From IMG/VR virus record IMGVR_UViG_3300028384_001275, positions 40,524 to 104,523 of that record: 64,000 bases of DNA; one strand, written 5' to 3'. This DNA comes from a virus. The notes under the pieces were generated by a model. It had not been told where the DNA came from. It saw only the letters and a program-made list of their open reading frames with translations, and did no database searches. The position numbers and the translations under genes were made by a program. Below, one piece after another: positions 55,601 through 64,000 of this stretch; the first letter of the stretch is position 1, and each line of letters opens with the position of its first letter.

Positions 55601-56968
55601 ACATCTGCAACTATTACAAGTATTGCATATAGTGGTGACTCTTATACTGCATACCCAACACAAGCACCTTCTTTCCCAGCCGATGATAAGGAAGTGTTGG
55701 TTTTCCACAGAAACCATGGTATGCACCAGAGGACTAATAATGTAAGAGTTAGTGGCATTGTTTCAGAAGTGCCAGATACCACTCTCACATCAACACTGGC
55801 AGCAGGTGCTACATCGATCCAAGTCCAAGATTCATCTCAATTCCATACAATCATTGGTGGTGCTTCAATCGGTAACCTCAACCCTGGTTATCTGAAGATC
55901 GGTGATGAGATTATTAAATATTCTGCCGTCTCTACTAATGGACAGGTAATTACAGTTGCAACCAGTGGTCGTGGATCTAATGGCACTGCTGATGTAGAGC
56001 ATCCTTCAGGTACAACTGTTGAATGTTATAACCTAGATGGAATTCCTCTGGTTGAATTGAATAAGGTCCATGAAAATATTTCATGTCCTTGGTTGGATAC
56101 CTATATGCTACACATTGAAAAAGTAGCAACTAATGGTATTCGTGGAGGTGGCACAGATGTGCTAGCTTCTCAAAATATTCAATTTGAGACCATCACTCCT
56201 ACCATTTCCACAATGGTAACTCCTGAGTCTGCTATTACTGCTCGGGTAAATACTACAACAGCAACATCAATCGGTGATGGATCCACAACTGTGGATCAAT
56301 CTTCCTTTATTAATAACGGACAATATGTTGATGTTGTGCTTAATGAAGAGAATACCTTCTATTCTCCACAGATGATCGCTTCCAAGATCAATGAAGAGAA
56401 TAAATTAGATGGTAATAAATCTTTAACAATGGCACTTACACTGACCAGTGAAAAAGATACTATCTCTCCTGCTATCGACCTAGATAGAGTGTCGTTGATT
56501 ACAACAACGAATCGCATTAATAAATGGCCAGGTGGTCCTTCACCATATGGACAGCAAAATGCAATCGATAGATCACGCGATGTATCTACTCTGCCTCAAG
56601 GTGATCAAAACGATGCTGTGTATATTACACGTCTAGCACGTTTGGGATCGGAGTCACGCACATTGAAGTTTGACTTCCAAATCACTCGCCACCCTGACAC
56701 TGAAGTCAGACTCTATTACAGAGCATTTAAGACTGGAGATAATGCTGATCCAACAACTATTGGTTGGACATCGGTTGGCGATCCCATTACAACATTGAAT
56801 CAGCAATATGACATCACACCTACAGATGAATATCTGTGGAAAGATTATTCTTACGAAGTCAAAGGTCTTTCATTCAATGCTTTCCAAGTGAAGATTGTAA
56901 TGAGATCTAAGAATCAAGCAAGAGTACCATTTATTGCTGACTTCAGAGCAATAGCTCTAGCTACTTGA
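49664..56968 (+). CDS. vrlC: VrlC-like (DUF4815) large virion structural protein
   Basis: PYFDDF...VLFRPGYPIQARELTTMQSILQNQ, APGAHR, DPLAQSF and GVLFKSQNASTWT motifs. Confidence 0.85.
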   Translation: MPQNTNLNISPYFDDFNKDDNYYRVLFRPGYPIQARELTTMQSILQNQVESIGQHFFKEGAMVIPGQVGYDLEVQAIILQQNFLGVDIETYRTQLHGQIVEGITTGIKAKVLYSISSAESDRSYVTLYVKYIDSGDTSSDTTLKTFQPNEQLLAEKEITFGTTLIEIGSPFAQLLPVNATATASTAYVNQGVYFIRGHFVDIPSSYLILDQYSNSPSYRVGLEVSESIITPEDDPDLNDNAAGTSNYSAPGAHRFRIKTQLVKKAINDSTDKNFIELLRLNNSKVEEFVTATAYSELEKSLARRTYEESGDYVIDTFTVTAREHLDDGFNNGVYRAGQISPEGNLASDDRVAFEVSPGRAYVKGYRVEFLTPQYVDALKPRDFEGVQNAILSFRLGQFVKVYDVYGWPDLTGEGVTKAYQTLELYDDWTLNTTNTVVGRQIGRCRTIQLQEDTDTTYDLWIFDAQMYTALNFATGNNSVTVGDRLKGRTSGATGFVADAGSGTYCHVEQVSGNFVNGEVIERDGRVIGTLEAAHTFNLTDTRSCRGRNTSNQIIFGANWLLNDQQQIEGSTITYETSPDHQLVGFRTKFADDLRPGDVVTPTQSSAEGENSLRITRVNPQQIATRVGNAYTGATSYIFDYLDQEASIDNSLKKGTVNAGEYNTLVRMRPFVFQKDYQNGEMTIDAPRVSMKSISDESFFVFRTFNNKTVVSGGVTVSLPESEQFATLDDENYILTVLAESGSAYTVGQNLDIDALNDAGTLTVTFGADRQSVTIDGLANVNTIKLTALVSKNIVTKKIKTASKMRAMKVIRTDKNNDDPKYGLAYGNLYGTRIEDEEISFALNDVYKIHAVYESEDDNDATPPYAVLTESTFFDNGTVVVGRTSGARARVIQFINSTLRLYYVALNEIPFQPGETIDGVDDDGNALTAIIDDAEGSVIKGSKVITSQYELDPGQKAHFYDVSKMLRNPAFTAPIRKLMVIFDYFVHESSGDYFSNQSYTGIPFKDIPKYKLDGSINFLRDQVDFRPGVGELASGSGTVSAPFFVNCASLDFGARTFDTSGGAGGSTIFDVPKVNTEIRMDYEYYLPRVDKLFLTHDSQLKLVSGVSSEEMPPPDNVQNAMLLAQIENRPYVYDVERDILLYPEIIRRYTMKDIGEIEQRLEHVEYYTALSMLESQAENTKSYDDNGFDRLKNGYVVDDFTDHTIGDVLNVDYKASMDFQEGWLRPAHYTTNVPLELNLSESTNIVKTGGNMAMLPYENLAIITQPYASRVENVNPFNVFTFIGRIDLSPASDDWIDTRRRPARIENVEGDFSSVARDLQIDQNGFAPIQWGSWRTNWTGQSLISRTRFRNRSGSFSAGGRRLGRLGHGQGRQPIFVHERRTWRVVNNQARQGIRTRVVPKIDKKSLGDSVLSVSAVPWIRSRNVSFNSERLKPRTRMYAFFDGVNVTGYITPKVVELVKNSTADPNTNETPFVVGETVRGLTSKCKIKVAAANDAYVTDPYGVGAATLAESYASQTSFLNIDTEAMSATVNPNFFGNITVGEVLLGETSGARAVVKDRRLLTDNVGNLRGVLFIPDPKNDSNPRWATGTRTFRFTTSDTNSRASGEVDSSADTTYAAQGTLRVVRENILAIRNAEIQRDTVRDRRTVITTRSSTRQIGWYDPLAQSFLPQEEGGVFLTGVDIFFKTKDTNVPISMQIRTMENGTPTKEILPFSDVTISPDQVELSDNAAIPTRFTFRSPVYVKSDIEYCFVLLSDSNEYQVWISRMGDVDVTGTRTISEQPYSGVLFKSQNASTWTADQYEDLKFTIYRAKFTQLNGTAILNNAELGEGNGGIHNLIENPILTIKPKQTLLLPTGGNYNFTIGARVLQQPSGASGTVTAFDAVSDPEELTLTDIQGNFAAGFLDAQNNPFQGLTSSQSVATIVLSAIFNGVFEVGDTVTGSGSSATGVVTSYVSGTNTLTLNYISKSFDAADTLTNPGGTSATITSIAYSGDSYTAYPTQAPSFPADDKEVLVFHRNHGMHQRTNNVRVSGIVSEVPDTTLTSTLAAGATSIQVQDSSQFHTIIGGASIGNLNPGYLKIGDEIIKYSAVSTNGQVITVATSGRGSNGTADVEHPSGTTVECYNLDGIPLVELNKVHENISCPWLDTYMLHIEKVATNGIRGGGTDVLASQNIQFETITPTISTMVTPESAITARVNTTTATSIGDGSTTVDQSSFINNGQYVDVVLNEENTFYSPQMIASKINEENKLDGNKSLTMALTLTSEKDTISPAIDLDRVSLITTTNRINKWPGGPSPYGQQNAIDRSRDVSTLPQGDQNDAVYITRLARLGSESRTLKFDFQITRHPDTEVRLYYRAFKTGDNADPTTIGWTSVGDPITTLNQQYDITPTDEYLWKDYSYEVKGLSFNAFQVKIVMRSKNQARVPFIADFRAIALAT

Positions 56969-56988
56969 TTTCAACCCTTACATGGTTG

Positions 56989-57017
56989 ATTATAATTATT
57001 ATTATTAGATCTGTCAA
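56989..57017 (-). promoter_or_regulatory. Perfect-consensus sigma70 promoter, antisense to the structural operon
   Basis: Minus strand TTGACA (57017-57012), 17 nt, TATAAT (56994-56989). Confidence 0.7.
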
Positions 57018-57020
57018 GCT

Positions 57021-57287
57021 ATGAATAAAGACCACATTGAGAAATACCGAGATGATCTTATCCCCGTTGAGGGGAAGGATGGATGGTATCGAGATCCTGA
57101 TACAATGGCTATTGTGAATTGCAATAAAACAGAGTATGATAACTACATGGCGGCATATGAAGCACGTCAGAAGAAAAGTCAAAAATTTGATGATTTACAA
57201 ACTGACGTTGATGCGCTAAAATCTGATCTTGGTGAGATCAAATCCCTTCTTAAATCATTAGTAAATGGAGAAAACAATGACAGCTGA
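57021..57287 (+). CDS. Hypothetical protein with C-terminal coiled coil
   Basis: IPVEGKDGWYRDPDTMAIVN; LKSDLGEIKSLL. Confidence 0.8.
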   Translation: MNKDHIEKYRDDLIPVEGKDGWYRDPDTMAIVNCNKTEYDNYMAAYEARQKKSQKFDDLQTDVDALKSDLGEIKSLLKSLVNGENNDS

Positions 57288-57495
57288 TGTGACCGAAACT
57301 GCATCTCAGGAAGAGCTTCTTGAGCAATTCAAAGAGCGTTACCAAAATATTCTCAGTGAGAATCAGCAACTCTCGAAGAAAATCAAAGATAATGAAGCAA
57401 CTGCTTTGAAACTTCTTGGTGCCATTGAAACTCTTGAGTATCTCGGTAAAGACGAAGAAGAAGAAACAGAAACAGAAACAGAAACAGAAGAATGA
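57277..57495 (+). CDS. Hypothetical coiled-coil protein with acidic (ET)n tail
   Basis: GGAG RBS; (GAAACA)x4 at 57463-57486. Confidence 0.75.
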   Translation: MTADVTETASQEELLEQFKERYQNILSENQQLSKKIKDNEATALKLLGAIETLEYLGKDEEEETETETETEE

Positions 57496-57500
57496 TAAGG

Positions 57501-57522
57501 ACCCCCCGAAAGGGGGTTTTTT
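57501..57522 (+). terminator. Rho-independent terminator
   Basis: CCCCC-GAAA-GGGGG followed by T6. Confidence 0.85.
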
Positions 57523-57528
57523 ATTAGC

Positions 57529-57535
57529 ATAAATA
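57529..57535 (+). promoter_or_regulatory. T4-like late promoter
   Basis: ATAAATA directly after the terminator, before the tail fibre gene. Confidence 0.7.
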
Positions 57536-57578
57536 AACCAGAAAGACTCCATGTCGTGCTCTAGGATCCTTTTAAGCG

Positions 57579-60500
57579 ATGGCAAATAGAATTCAATTAA
57601 GACGTGATGGTGCTCAGCAGTGGGCAAACGTTAATCCAATTCTTGCTCAAGGTGAGTTGGGAATTGAGATTGATACCTCTCGTATCAAAATCGGTGATGG
57701 TGTTACGGCATGGAACTCTCTGAGATATGAGAGACCGCTTGAAACCGAATCAAACACTGCTAACACTTTGGTTAAGAGGGATTCTGACGGTAACTTTGAA
57801 GCAGGATCTATTACCGCATCTCTAATCGGAAATGCTGCAACTGCAACCCGACTGGCAAACGCACGTCAGATTCAGTTGGGTGGTGACATGTCTGGTGCTG
57901 GCACGTTTGACGGATCTTCAAACCTAACCATCACTGCTGAGCTGAATTACGTTACGGCACTGCCACACTATGATGCTGAAAACCTAGGAGCAACTGGCAC
58001 ATATACGAGATTTACAGTTGACTCTCGTGGTCGTATTGTTAATGCTGACAATCCCACAGCATTGTCAGACTTTGGTATTACTGACGCACAACCTCTGGAT
58101 AGTGATCTGACATCTCTGGCTGGTATGTCAGGTTTCGGTATCATCTCTCGTCAATCAGAAGGCACACTGGTCAACCGCACCATCACTGGTGGTAGTGGTC
58201 GTGTTATTGTTAATAACGGTAATGGTCAGTCTGCTAACCCATTTGTTGACCTGGCAGATACCACTGTTGTTGTTGGCACCTATAACCAACTCAATAGTAG
58301 AGATCCTCTTTACAATCCAAAAGTTTCGGTTACTACTGGTGAAGAAACTGTTAACTCTCCTAATTTTGAGGTTGACAGATATGGTCGTTTAATTTATGCT
58401 AACACCAGTCCTATTGCAACCGCAACGGAGGGTGCGAAGTCTGGCACATCTTTCACCACTTACGATAACGCTGTTGCGTATTCTAGATTTAGCAAGATTA
58501 TTGCAAGTAACGGTCGCTGCTACCAGGCGGCTATTCGTGACATCCCAGCAGGACTCGGCGAACCTAGTCACAACACCCAAAATGGCGATAACGACGATCA
58601 GGGTGGATGGAGAGACCTGGGTTCTGATACCATTGAGCAAAAGGGTCTTGCGAGTTTCGACCAAGAAGACTTTAATGTAGATGATAATGGTCATGTAACG
58701 ATTGCTGCAAACGCTATTGAGAATTCCCAACTACAATCGTTGGGTCACCTCATGTTTACTGACCAAAATGCAACGGAGACTTTTGAGCTTGACCCCGAGC
58801 GTACGACTGATAATGCTTATCATGGCATTACCAAGCTTAATCATATTAACGTTAACAACAGAACTGGCGGTAGCGTTTTCCGTATCGTTGGTTACGATAC
58901 TGCTGAGTATCCTTTCCAACCTGGCATTCTGGATCAGGGAAATTCCTATCCTGCTATTGCTCCTGACGACGCTGACGGTAACGGTCTTGCCACCAGTGGG
59001 TCATCTCTCACTGGCGCTGTTGACATTAACCTCGATACTACCATCGCTGGTAACATTACTCTTGATGTTACAAAAGCCAACCAGTTCATTAAGCGGACCT
59101 CGGGTAATCTAGAGATTGCTCTGGAAGTTAATGAAGCGACTAATCGCTCCATGGATATCAACGTCACCAATACAGGTGCTGGTGACGCAACTTTCAACCT
59201 GACTGCTGATCAGGACATCACTATTAGTGTGACTGATGTTGACCATAGAGTCAACGTTGAAGACTTTCACTTCCAAGATAATGTCCTTTCCACCACCAAC
59301 TCCACAATGGTGTTGGACCCTAATGATGATGACGATGCTACTGGTGTTGTCCGTATCCGTGGTGACTTGACGGTTGACGGCACAACTACAACAGTCAACT
59401 CAACTGTAACGACTATTCAAGACCCTATCATCACTTTGGGTGGTGAGGATACTTTAACAGTTGATGACAACCTCGACCGAGGTGTTGAGTTTAGGTATTA
59501 TGATACGCAGGAGCGTTTCGGTTTCTTTGGTTGGGATGAAGATTATGCGGACAGTAACATATGGACTGGCACTGGCGGGTATCGCTTCCTCTACAACGCG
59601 ACTAACACAAATGAGGTTTTTGCTGGTACTGACGCTGCTCTCATTGCTGGTAACCTCAGGCTCACAACAAACACAGGATCCACATCTACCACGTCTGGCA
59701 CCCTGGTAGTCACTGGTGGTGTTGGAGTTTCTGGTGATGTCCATATTCAAGAGACGGTTACAGTTGGTAATCAAGTAGAGATTAACGATAGTGTCGTTAT
59801 CAAGTCTGACAATGAAGACTTTTTGATTCAGACCTCTGCTGGTGCCACAAAGTTTAGTGTTGATACTGATACTGGTAACACAGTTATTGAAGGCACAGTT
59901 GATATTACACTTGAGACAAAAATTTACGACAAACTGGTTGTCCGTGCAACCAATAGGAGTTTCAAAGTCCAGAATGGATCTGCTGTTGATAAGTTTGTTG
60001 TTGATTCTGATAACGGTAACACTGAAATTGAAGGCACTCTTGACGTTGATGGTGGAGTAACTTTCAACAGCACTTTGGATGTTGACCTCGCTACCACTCT
60101 TAACAATACTCTGGATGTTGACCTGGACTCAACATTCCATGATGATATTACTCTCGATACCACTGGTAAATTCTTTACCATTACCAACGGCACCGATCAG
60201 AAGTTTAGAGTAACTTCTACTAATGGTAACACCGATATTGAGGGATCTCTTAATGTTGCTGGTGTTAATACTTTTGAGCGCACTAACAACATCGCTGTTG
60301 CAACCACTGATTCTAATATCACCCTGAGCACTGGTGGTAATGCTACCTTTGCTGGTGGCGTTAACATGGATAAGGACCTCCGTGTTGGTGGTGACATCTA
60401 TCTGGCAGACCGTCTGGTGGTTAAAGATGCTGGCACAGCACGCACACGTCCCTCTCTGCTCAACAACGTTGATGTTTTGTATCGCACCTATATGGGTGGT

Positions 60501-62714
60501 GGCACAGCACATAACGCCAGCTTTGCTAACGATGCAGATGCTCAGTTGAGAGTTGCTGGTGGTGTTGGCATCGTCCAAGATCTTTATGTTGGTGATGATT
60601 TTTATATCGGCAAAGTTAGCAACACTGATACTATTGAATTTAGTGTCCTTGGTGAATCTGGTGCTACAACAATCGGTCGTGTCGGACAGGGTGGCGTTAC
60701 TGATGGCAGTCTGACAGTCCACGGTGATGTCATTTTCAATCGTGATGTTACTTTCAACGGTGATGCTCTGACGTTTGGTGTTAACAACTCTGATGTGTTG
60801 ACTGTCAACGCAGTATCTACTTTCACCGACAGTGTAACGATCAATCAGAATCTGACGGTTGATGGTAACACAGTCTTGGAAGGCAACCTGACCGTTAATG
60901 GCACAACCACAACTATCAACTCCACCACACAGACTCTGGACGATCCTGTCTTCACTCTGGGTGGTGATACTGCTCCTACTGGCACAGATGCCAAGGATCG
61001 TGGTATTGAATTCCGTTATTACGATACCAGTGCAAAGGTTGGTTTCTTTGGTTGGGATAACTCCGCATCACGTTATGCTTTCTACGATAACGCCATTAAT
61101 TCTTCTGAAGCATTCTCTGGCACTCGCTCTGGTATTGATGCAGGTAGCCTTAAGCTCTTTGATACTACTAACGCAACTAACGCTGCAACTGGCACACTTA
61201 TTGTTGGTGGTGGTGCTGCTATTGGTCTTGATTTGTATGTAGGTGATGATTTGGTTGTCACCGATGATGGATCTTTTGGTGGCAATGTAAATATTACTGG
61301 CACTCTTGACGTTACTGATGATTTCGCTGTATCTACGAAATTTACAGTCGATGCACAGACTGGCAATACTTTCGTTGATGGCACATTCACTGTTAACGGC
61401 AATAGCACTATCGGTAATGCTGGCAGTGATTCTCATACAGTAAACGGCACAGTTGCTTTCAACCATGCAATCACATCTACAGATATTACAGCCGACCAGA
61501 TTGAAATTGGTGTTGACGGTCCAACTGAAATTAGCACCACTGCTGGTAATCTCATCCTTGACTCCGTTGGCGGCACTGTCAATATCACAGATAATGCTGA
61601 CGTAGATGGTAACCTCAATGTTGATGGCAACACACAGATTGATGGTACGCTCACGGTTGATGGCAACACGACTATCGGCAAGTATTCTACCGCTAATCAC
61701 ACGGTTAACGGTACTGTCACATTCAACCAAGCGATTACTTCCACCAACATCACGGCGGACGAAATCAAGATCGGAGTAGATTTCAATAACATGATCAGCA
61801 GCACGAGTGGGGTGCTTGCTCTTAAAGGTGAGAATGGCACGGTTGCTATTTCTCAGGGTAGTAATTTGCTTGTTGAGGGTAACTTAACAACGAGAGGAAA
61901 TAGCACACTTGGTAATGCTTCTACCGATACTCATACTGTTAACGGTACTGTCACATTCAACCAAGCGATTACCTCTACAGATATTACTGCCGATAACATC
62001 AAGATTGGTGTTGATGCATCAACTGAAATCAGCACCACTGTAGGTAATTTGATTCTTGATTCCTTTGGTGGTACGGTCAACATCACTGATAATGCTACTG
62101 TCAGCGGCACTTTGGTCGTATCTGATCAGGCAACTATCAATGATACTCTGATTATCGATTCTACTAATGAAAACTTTATCATTAGATCTTCGGCAGTTAA
62201 TAAATTTACCGTTGATACCGATAACGGCAACACCTTTATTGCTGGCACAATTCAGGTTGAAGGTCTGACAACCATCAATGACAATATTGATATTAACGGT
62301 AACGCTGATATCTCTGGCACATCTACATTGGGCGGTGTTGTTAATATCACTGATACTACTAACGCATCTACTGGCAACAGCTTTTCTTCCTCTGGTGCTC
62401 TGCAAGTTACTGGTGGTGCATCTATCGCCAGAGACGTAGCGATCGGTGGAGATATTCAGGTCTATGGTGACTTTGAGGTTGACGGTAACGTCGTCCAGAA
62501 AAAGGTAACCAGGAATTCCGTGGTCGTGTTGAATTTACTAAGAATGAGACTGCAAATCGTCTTACTGACAACTGTGCAATCATGGTGCCCCAAGGTGGCA
62601 TCGCGGTTTACGAAGATTCTTTCTTCGGTCAGAAGATCTTCGTTGGTCCTGACAATGCAGAAACAATTACTTTCTTCGGTGCCACGGGTAACATTACTGC
62701 AGATGGCACTGTAA
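57579..62714 (+). CDS. Long tail fibre protein, 5' part (frame breaks at about 62500)
   Basis: Mtd_N-like start RIQLRRD...NPILAQGELGIE...KIGDG; beta-rich G/T/N/D repeats; fibre-like composition is lost after VVQK. Confidence 0.85.
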   Translation: MANRIQLRRDGAQQWANVNPILAQGELGIEIDTSRIKIGDGVTAWNSLRYERPLETESNTANTLVKRDSDGNFEAGSITASLIGNAATATRLANARQIQLGGDMSGAGTFDGSSNLTITAELNYVTALPHYDAENLGATGTYTRFTVDSRGRIVNADNPTALSDFGITDAQPLDSDLTSLAGMSGFGIISRQSEGTLVNRTITGGSGRVIVNNGNGQSANPFVDLADTTVVVGTYNQLNSRDPLYNPKVSVTTGEETVNSPNFEVDRYGRLIYANTSPIATATEGAKSGTSFTTYDNAVAYSRFSKIIASNGRCYQAAIRDIPAGLGEPSHNTQNGDNDDQGGWRDLGSDTIEQKGLASFDQEDFNVDDNGHVTIAANAIENSQLQSLGHLMFTDQNATETFELDPERTTDNAYHGITKLNHINVNNRTGGSVFRIVGYDTAEYPFQPGILDQGNSYPAIAPDDADGNGLATSGSSLTGAVDINLDTTIAGNITLDVTKANQFIKRTSGNLEIALEVNEATNRSMDINVTNTGAGDATFNLTADQDITISVTDVDHRVNVEDFHFQDNVLSTTNSTMVLDPNDDDDATGVVRIRGDLTVDGTTTTVNSTVTTIQDPIITLGGEDTLTVDDNLDRGVEFRYYDTQERFGFFGWDEDYADSNIWTGTGGYRFLYNATNTNEVFAGTDAALIAGNLRLTTNTGSTSTTSGTLVVTGGVGVSGDVHIQETVTVGNQVEINDSVVIKSDNEDFLIQTSAGATKFSVDTDTGNTVIEGTVDITLETKIYDKLVVRATNRSFKVQNGSAVDKFVVDSDNGNTEIEGTLDVDGGVTFNSTLDVDLATTLNNTLDVDLDSTFHDDITLDTTGKFFTITNGTDQKFRVTSTNGNTDIEGSLNVAGVNTFERTNNIAVATTDSNITLSTGGNATFAGGVNMDKDLRVGGDIYLADRLVVKDAGTARTRPSLLNNVDVLYRTYMGGGTAHNASFANDADAQLRVAGGVGIVQDLYVGDDFYIGKVSNTDTIEFSVLGESGATTIGRVGQGGVTDGSLTVHGDVIFNRDVTFNGDALTFGVNNSDVLTVNAVSTFTDSVTINQNLTVDGNTVLEGNLTVNGTTTTINSTTQTLDDPVFTLGGDTAPTGTDAKDRGIEFRYYDTSAKVGFFGWDNSASRYAFYDNAINSSEAFSGTRSGIDAGSLKLFDTTNATNAATGTLIVGGGAAIGLDLYVGDDLVVTDDGSFGGNVNITGTLDVTDDFAVSTKFTVDAQTGNTFVDGTFTVNGNSTIGNAGSDSHTVNGTVAFNHAITSTDITADQIEIGVDGPTEISTTAGNLILDSVGGTVNITDNADVDGNLNVDGNTQIDGTLTVDGNTTIGKYSTANHTVNGTVTFNQAITSTNITADEIKIGVDFNNMISSTSGVLALKGENGTVAISQGSNLLVEGNLTTRGNSTLGNASTDTHTVNGTVTFNQAITSTDITADNIKIGVDASTEISTTVGNLILDSFGGTVNITDNATVSGTLVVSDQATINDTLIIDSTNENFIIRSSAVNKFTVDTDNGNTFIAGTIQVEGLTTINDNIDINGNADISGTSTLGGVVNITDTTNASTGNSFSSSGALQVTGGASIARDVAIGGDIQVYGDFEVDGNVVQKKVTRNSVVVLNLLRMRLQIVLLTTVQSWCPKVASRFTKILSSVRRSSLVLTMQKQLLSSVPRVTLLQMAL

Positions 62715-64000
62715 CTGCTGCTACTCTTAGTGCTACCACAGGTAACATTAGCACTGTCAATACCACTTCTAATGCTAACATTGGCGGATCGATTATTGTC
62801 AATACTAACAAGTTTATTGTTGCTGGAGCTACAGGTAATACTGATATTGCAGGTGCCCTTGCAGTAACTGGAGGGACCACCTTATCGAGCACACTGACAG
62901 TTAATAATGCAGTTGACTTTAATAACACCTTGAATGTTGATGGTGCCACTACACTAAATGCTGCACTGACACAAAATAGCACAAGCCTCTTCAAGGATAA
63001 TGTGGTTCTGCGTGGTGCTTCTAAGACACTGAAGCTGCAAAATGGATCTTCCCAAGATCGTATTACCATGTCTTCTACCACTGGTAATATTACGGCAACT
63101 GGTGCAGGTGACTTTGGATCCATGTCCATCACTGGTAACACAACTGTTGGTGGCACTCTGGGTGTAACGGGTCAGATCACTGGTGATGTTACTGGCGACT
63201 TGACGGGCACATCAGATAAGACAGATCTGGTGGAAATTACTGATACTCCCACATCAAACCTGACTTACTACCCTGTTTTCGTATCTGCTAACACTGGATA
63301 TACTGAAATTCGGACAGACTCTGGTCAACTGCAATATAATCCTTTTGAGAATAGACTGACAGTTAGTAACTTCCGATCAACCACCGACTTTGAAGTCCAA
63401 GGTAACTTGAATGTTACTGGTGCATTGACCTTCTTCCAGTCTCAGGTTGGTAGTATTGCCAACCATGATACTGACGCTCTGTCAGAAGGGACTACTAATC
63501 TCTACTACACCAATGAGAGAGTTGATGATCGTGTTGCAGCACTGATCAATGGCGGCACAGGTATTTCGGCAACGTATAATGATGCTGGTAACCTGCTGTC
63601 TCTTGCTGTTGACTTTGGTGAGATCAATACTGATAATCTGACTGAAGGTAGCACTAATAGATTCTTCACTCAAGCGAGGACAAGAAATGCTTTTACTTAT
63701 GGCACTGGTATTCAGCACGACGGCAGTGGCACTATTTCAGTTACTCAGTCGGATATCAATACAGACAATATCACTGAAGGGTCCACTAACCTCTTCTTCA
63801 CTCAGGCTCGCGCTCGTGGTGCATTCAGTGTTACTGGCGACCTCGGTTACAATGCTTCTACTGGTGTCTTTAGCTTCACCGAGCGCACTGATGCTGAGGT
63901 AAACGGTCTTGCTGATGCTCGTATTGCACTGAATGTCGGCACAAACCTTGATCTGAGTAATCAGGACACGGATGATCTGTCAGAAGGTACTACTAACCTT
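62504..64000 (+). CDS. Long tail fibre protein, 3' continuation in the -1 frame, open to the window end (not in ORF track)
   Basis: GNQEFRGRVEFTKNET...; four TDxLxEGxTN repeats at about 63470-64000; no stop seen. Confidence 0.85.

Noticed and set aside
57579-64000. Diversity-generating retroelement, suggested by the Mtd_N-like start and internal repeats
   Set aside because: No reverse transcriptase in the window, and repeat differences are not adenine-specific

Overview
A 64 kb segment of a T4-like (Kyanoviridae-type) marine cyanomyovirus; all credible genes are on the + strand. Bases 1-12.6 kb are an accessory/early region with seven Fe(II)-dioxygenase/JmjC genes, a PD-(D/E)xK-like nuclease candidate beside a frame-disrupted SPPY DNA methyltransferase, an SF2 helicase and many small ORFs. 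These are grouped in cassettes behind a repeated early-promoter element. At 11.9-12.9 kb there are four exact cyanobacterial DnaA boxes (TTTTCCACA), several sigma70-type promoters, hairpins and a sharp C-rich to G-rich skew inversion, making this a candidate replication origin. Bases 12.9-64 kb are the late baseplate/tail module: NlpC/P60, a 1404-aa virion protein, PAAR-like protein, gp25, gp6, a 6965-aa gp7-like protein, a YHYH protein, a cupredoxin-tipped protein, gp8, a VrlC-like protein and a frameshifted tail fibre running off the end. The most striking observation is about seven nested helical repeats in the giant gp7-like protein that by eye resemble phycobiliprotein beta subunits and retain Cys at both bilin-attachment-equivalent positions. 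All family assignments are by-eye motif recognition; no searches were run.
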